Assembly (NCBI GenBank): GCA_964016885.1
Contig: OZ024757.1
Coordinates: 43,400,001 to 43,464,000 of the forward strand
Length of the DNA: 64,000 nt
Direction of reading: 5' to 3'
Source: Eledone cirrhosa
Lineage: Eukaryota
The notes under the pieces were generated by a model. It worked only from the letters and a program-made list of their open reading frames with translations, searched no databases and had not been told where the DNA came from. Position numbers and translations under genes: made by a program. Position 1 is the first letter of the stretch. Every line of letters begins with the position of its first letter. This document shows positions 12,865 through 64,000 of this stretch, piece by piece.

Positions 12865-15215
12865 TCATCATCATACGTCCGCTTTTCCTTGCTTGCAAGG
12901 GTTGAATGGGTCCTATTCAGCACAGCATCTCTCCACTTGTCACGGTCCTTCGTCATCCCCTCTGACAGCCGTATGTAGGTAACAAACTTTCCGCCAAACG
13001 GCTGGACCAAACCACCAAATTTGCACCATAGATGTAACTGTCACGGTCGTTCGTCATCTCCTCGGTGACTTTCAGCGATCTGAGGTCTGCTCTCACCACC
13101 TCCGCCCATGTTTTACGTGGTCTACCTCTTCTGCGTCTTCCTTCTACTGGGATTTCTTGGCACTTCTTTACCCAGCGGTCATCCTCCATGCGCATCACAT
13201 GCCCATACCATCTCAGCCTTCTCTCCTGCACACCACAACTTATCCCTCGTATACCCAGTTTCTTTCTCAACTCGTCCATGCTTGGTCGTTCATGCACATT
13301 GACATTGCACATCCAACGGAGCATGCTTGCCTCATTTCTCTCCAGCCGTTGCATATCCTCTGCAGTTGCCGCCCATGTCTCACTATCATGCAGCATCACA
13401 CATCTCACACAGGCATCATATAACTGTCCTTTCATATGCAGGGAGAAACCCTTCTTTGTCAACAAAGGTAGCAGCTCCCTAAACTTCTTCCAACCCATCC
13501 TTATTCTAGATACTATGGCCTCGGAAACCCCCCCCCCCCCCCTCCCATGCTAATCTGATCTCCTAGGTACTGGAGCTATCAACCACTTCTATAGAACCCA
13601 CCTACATTGGTATGTGTCTATCACTGCGATTAATACTGCCAACTTTCCCTGTACATCTACTGCATACATAGTTTTCCCTACCTGTTAGTTTGCCTGCTAT
13701 CCCACTACATCTTCTGTGTACCCAAGATCTGCATTGCGTACATTTTATGGAAATGCCAGTTCCTTTCCTACATATTGAACATGGCCATTTCCCTGATAGA
13801 ATCAGAGTATTGTCCTCTCTTCTACTTATCAACACTTTTGTCTTAGCTAGGTTCACTCTCAGACCTCTTGCTTCCAACTGCTGTTTCCATAGCCAGAATT
13901 TATTCTCTAGCTCCTCTACTGATTCTGCTATAAGAGCCGGATCATCAGCATAGAGAAGTTCCCATGGGCATCCAGTCGTAAACTCCTCTGTTATGGCTTG
14001 GAGGACTATAATGAACAAGAGGGGGCTGAGGACCGAACCCTGATGTACACCTACTTGTATCTGGAATTCCTCACTAAACTCCATACCTACTCTCACTTTA
14101 CTGACAGCACCCCTGTACATAGCTTGCACTGCCCTCACAAGCCATTCCTCCACACCTAGTTTCCTTAGGGACCACCAGATGACAGATCGGGGTACCCTAT
14201 CAGAGGCCTTCTTTAAGTCAACAAAAGCTAAGTATAGTGGCTTATTCTTTTCTAAGAACTTCTCTTGTAGTTGCCTCACTAAAAAGAGAGCATCTGTTGT
14301 ACTTTTCCCAGGCACAAAACCAAACTGCATCTCATCTAATTTTACCCTTTCTTTAATCAGTTGCGCTAATATTCTCTCTGCCACTTTCATAACCTGATCC
14401 TTCAGTTTTATGCCCCTATAATTGCTCCTCTCTAGAACATCCCCTTTACCTTTGTAGCAATATACGAGAATACTGCTGCACCAGTCTTTGGGTATGACAC
14501 CACTGTTTATAACTTGATTGATGATGCGTGCAACCAGTCTAATGCCTACTTTACCTGATGCCTTCAGCATCTCAGCAACTATCCCCTATGGTCCAGCAGC
14601 CTTACCATTCTTCATTTCGTTAATTGCCTCTTGTACCCTATATTCGTCAATCTCAATAGCTGGTCCCTCTGTTGAGTCTACAGGGGATAATTTATCTCTG
14701 TCCCATTCATTCTCCACATTCATCAGTCTCTCATAGTGACATTTCCAGGCCTCCTTTTTCTGATCATTCATGACACTAAGTACACCGGCATCGTTCCGAA
14801 CACATTTATCTCCAACAACATCCTGATTTGCACTGACACATTGCCTTGCAATGTGGAACACCGCACATCTCTGATCTTCCTGTCGCAGAACATTGGAAAA
14901 CCTCCTACTCTCAGCCTCCCTGCGTGCGAAGTACACCAGACGTCTAGCTTCTCTCCTAGCAGCTGTGTATCCTTCCCTACTCCCACCATTTTTTCAAGCC
15001 TTCCATGCCAGTCTTTTGTCTCTAATGGCCCTATCTACCGTGCTGTTCCACCACCAGGTCACTCTATGTCTGGTTGAAACTCTGCCCCAACCACAAGTTT
15101 CTTCAGTAGCCTGCAGTAAGTTGTCACGTAAGAAAGTCCAGTTATCATCTATGTCATACAACTCTAAATCATCTTTTTTCATCATACACGTCTTGAAGGG
15201 CTTTGCTAAATTCAT
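12865..15215 (-). mobile_element. 5'-truncated, disrupted RTE LINE (lineage B)
   Basis: RT motifs (QFGF, GVHQGSVLSP, YADD) and PHD finger split over ORFs 14994-15215, 14586-14936, 13602-14570 and 12953-13498. Confidence 0.92.
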
Positions 15216-15604
15216 ATGCTACCATATATATATATATATATATATGTGCTACCATATATATATATAAACACACACTCTGAGGAGTTAGTCAGAGGTAAAT
15301 AATGTAATGGAGATCAAGTGACGCAACTTCGAGCGATTAGCGACCTCTAGACTCACCTGATCAATGAAACAATTGTCAATACCTGAAATAAAGCCCATTG
15401 TTGTACAGCCAACCATGTTACTCTTCATTCTTTCACTATATATATATAACGAAGGAAGTTTGGTAAGGAACCAGATGGACCATAACGCACCAGAGTACTC
15501 AATACTTAGGGTAGTAGAGTCGGTAATAGCAAAATGTTTAACCCTGATGGCAGAGATCAAGCCGTCGAAACAGCTTGAGCTCTACCGTCGGGGTTAAACA
15601 CTTT

Positions 15605-15644
<40 letters not shown>

Positions 15645-15772
15645 TATATATGTATGTATATATATATATATGTAGGAAGGTTATAACCCAAGGTACGTAT
15701 ATTTAATTGGCAGTAGCACATACAAACACACACATATTAATGTAATATTACTAAAATAATATATATACATAC

Positions 15773-63532
<47,760 letters not shown>

Positions 63533-64000
63533 CTGCGGTTGACATAAAAATAAAAAAAAATAAAAAGATATTTAGAGAATAGTTTGGAGCTGTCTGTATG
63601 TCAGGAGAAATGAGGCAAAATGGGGAGATTTTATATAATAAAAGCTATATCCATTTTCACAAGAGAAGACATCTGTCACCCGCCCCAAAGGCTATGTCAA
63701 CTCTCCCCATCTGACGGGGAGAGTTGACAGGTCTGATGTTTTGACACTCTTCTATAAACCTTATGATGAAGGGAGTTTATCCCGAAATATATAAGGACTT
63801 ATAAAGAACTACAAGGTAACACCCCAACATCATTGTTATCACATTTTTAACATTTACTGTCCAATTCCTATTACTCTATCAGGTGTTCCTGTCGACAGGC
63901 TGAGGCCATGCTGGGGCACAGGTGCTAGCTTTTAAACTAAACACTATTTCGTACACTTTATATAATATTTCAAGTAAACTACAACACACACACATATATA

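Noticed and set aside
15357-15436. Exon-like segment ERMKSNMVGC... with AG/GT ends
   Set aside because: The true MG8 exon is 15773-15920, the phase does not follow from it, and the segment overlaps a hammerhead-bearing repeat end.

Overview
AT-rich, repeat-dominated animal DNA, probably from a cephalopod such as an octopus (inferred from the tRNA/CORE-type SINEs, RTE LINEs and very long TA arrays). The ORF track hides the main gene. Reading splice sites by hand on the - strand gives 25 phase-compatible GT-AG exons (63532->15773, about 1059 codons, no stop). They encode the MG3-to-MG8 part of a thioester-containing protein of the iTEP/CD109/alpha-2-macroglobulin family, with an intact GCGEQ thioester and catalytic His. 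The 5' exons and the last exon(s) were not found in the window. The introns hold one apparently intact RTE LINE with a PHD-like finger, many RTE/CR1/Tx1/Penelope fragments, two inverted DD37D (maT) transposons, seven young chimeric CORE-SINEs, a probable Helitron and a MITE. The most unusual signals are: (i) minisatellites amplified from the gene's own splice signals (a branch-point array and a 5'-splice-site array), within a general pattern of tandem arrays next to exons; (ii) about nine hammerhead-ribozyme-like motifs in Penelope-derived intronic elements; (iii) inverted repeats that could fold the pre-mRNA, including a pair around an in-frame 696-nt exon block. All coordinates were read by eye and no databases were searched.
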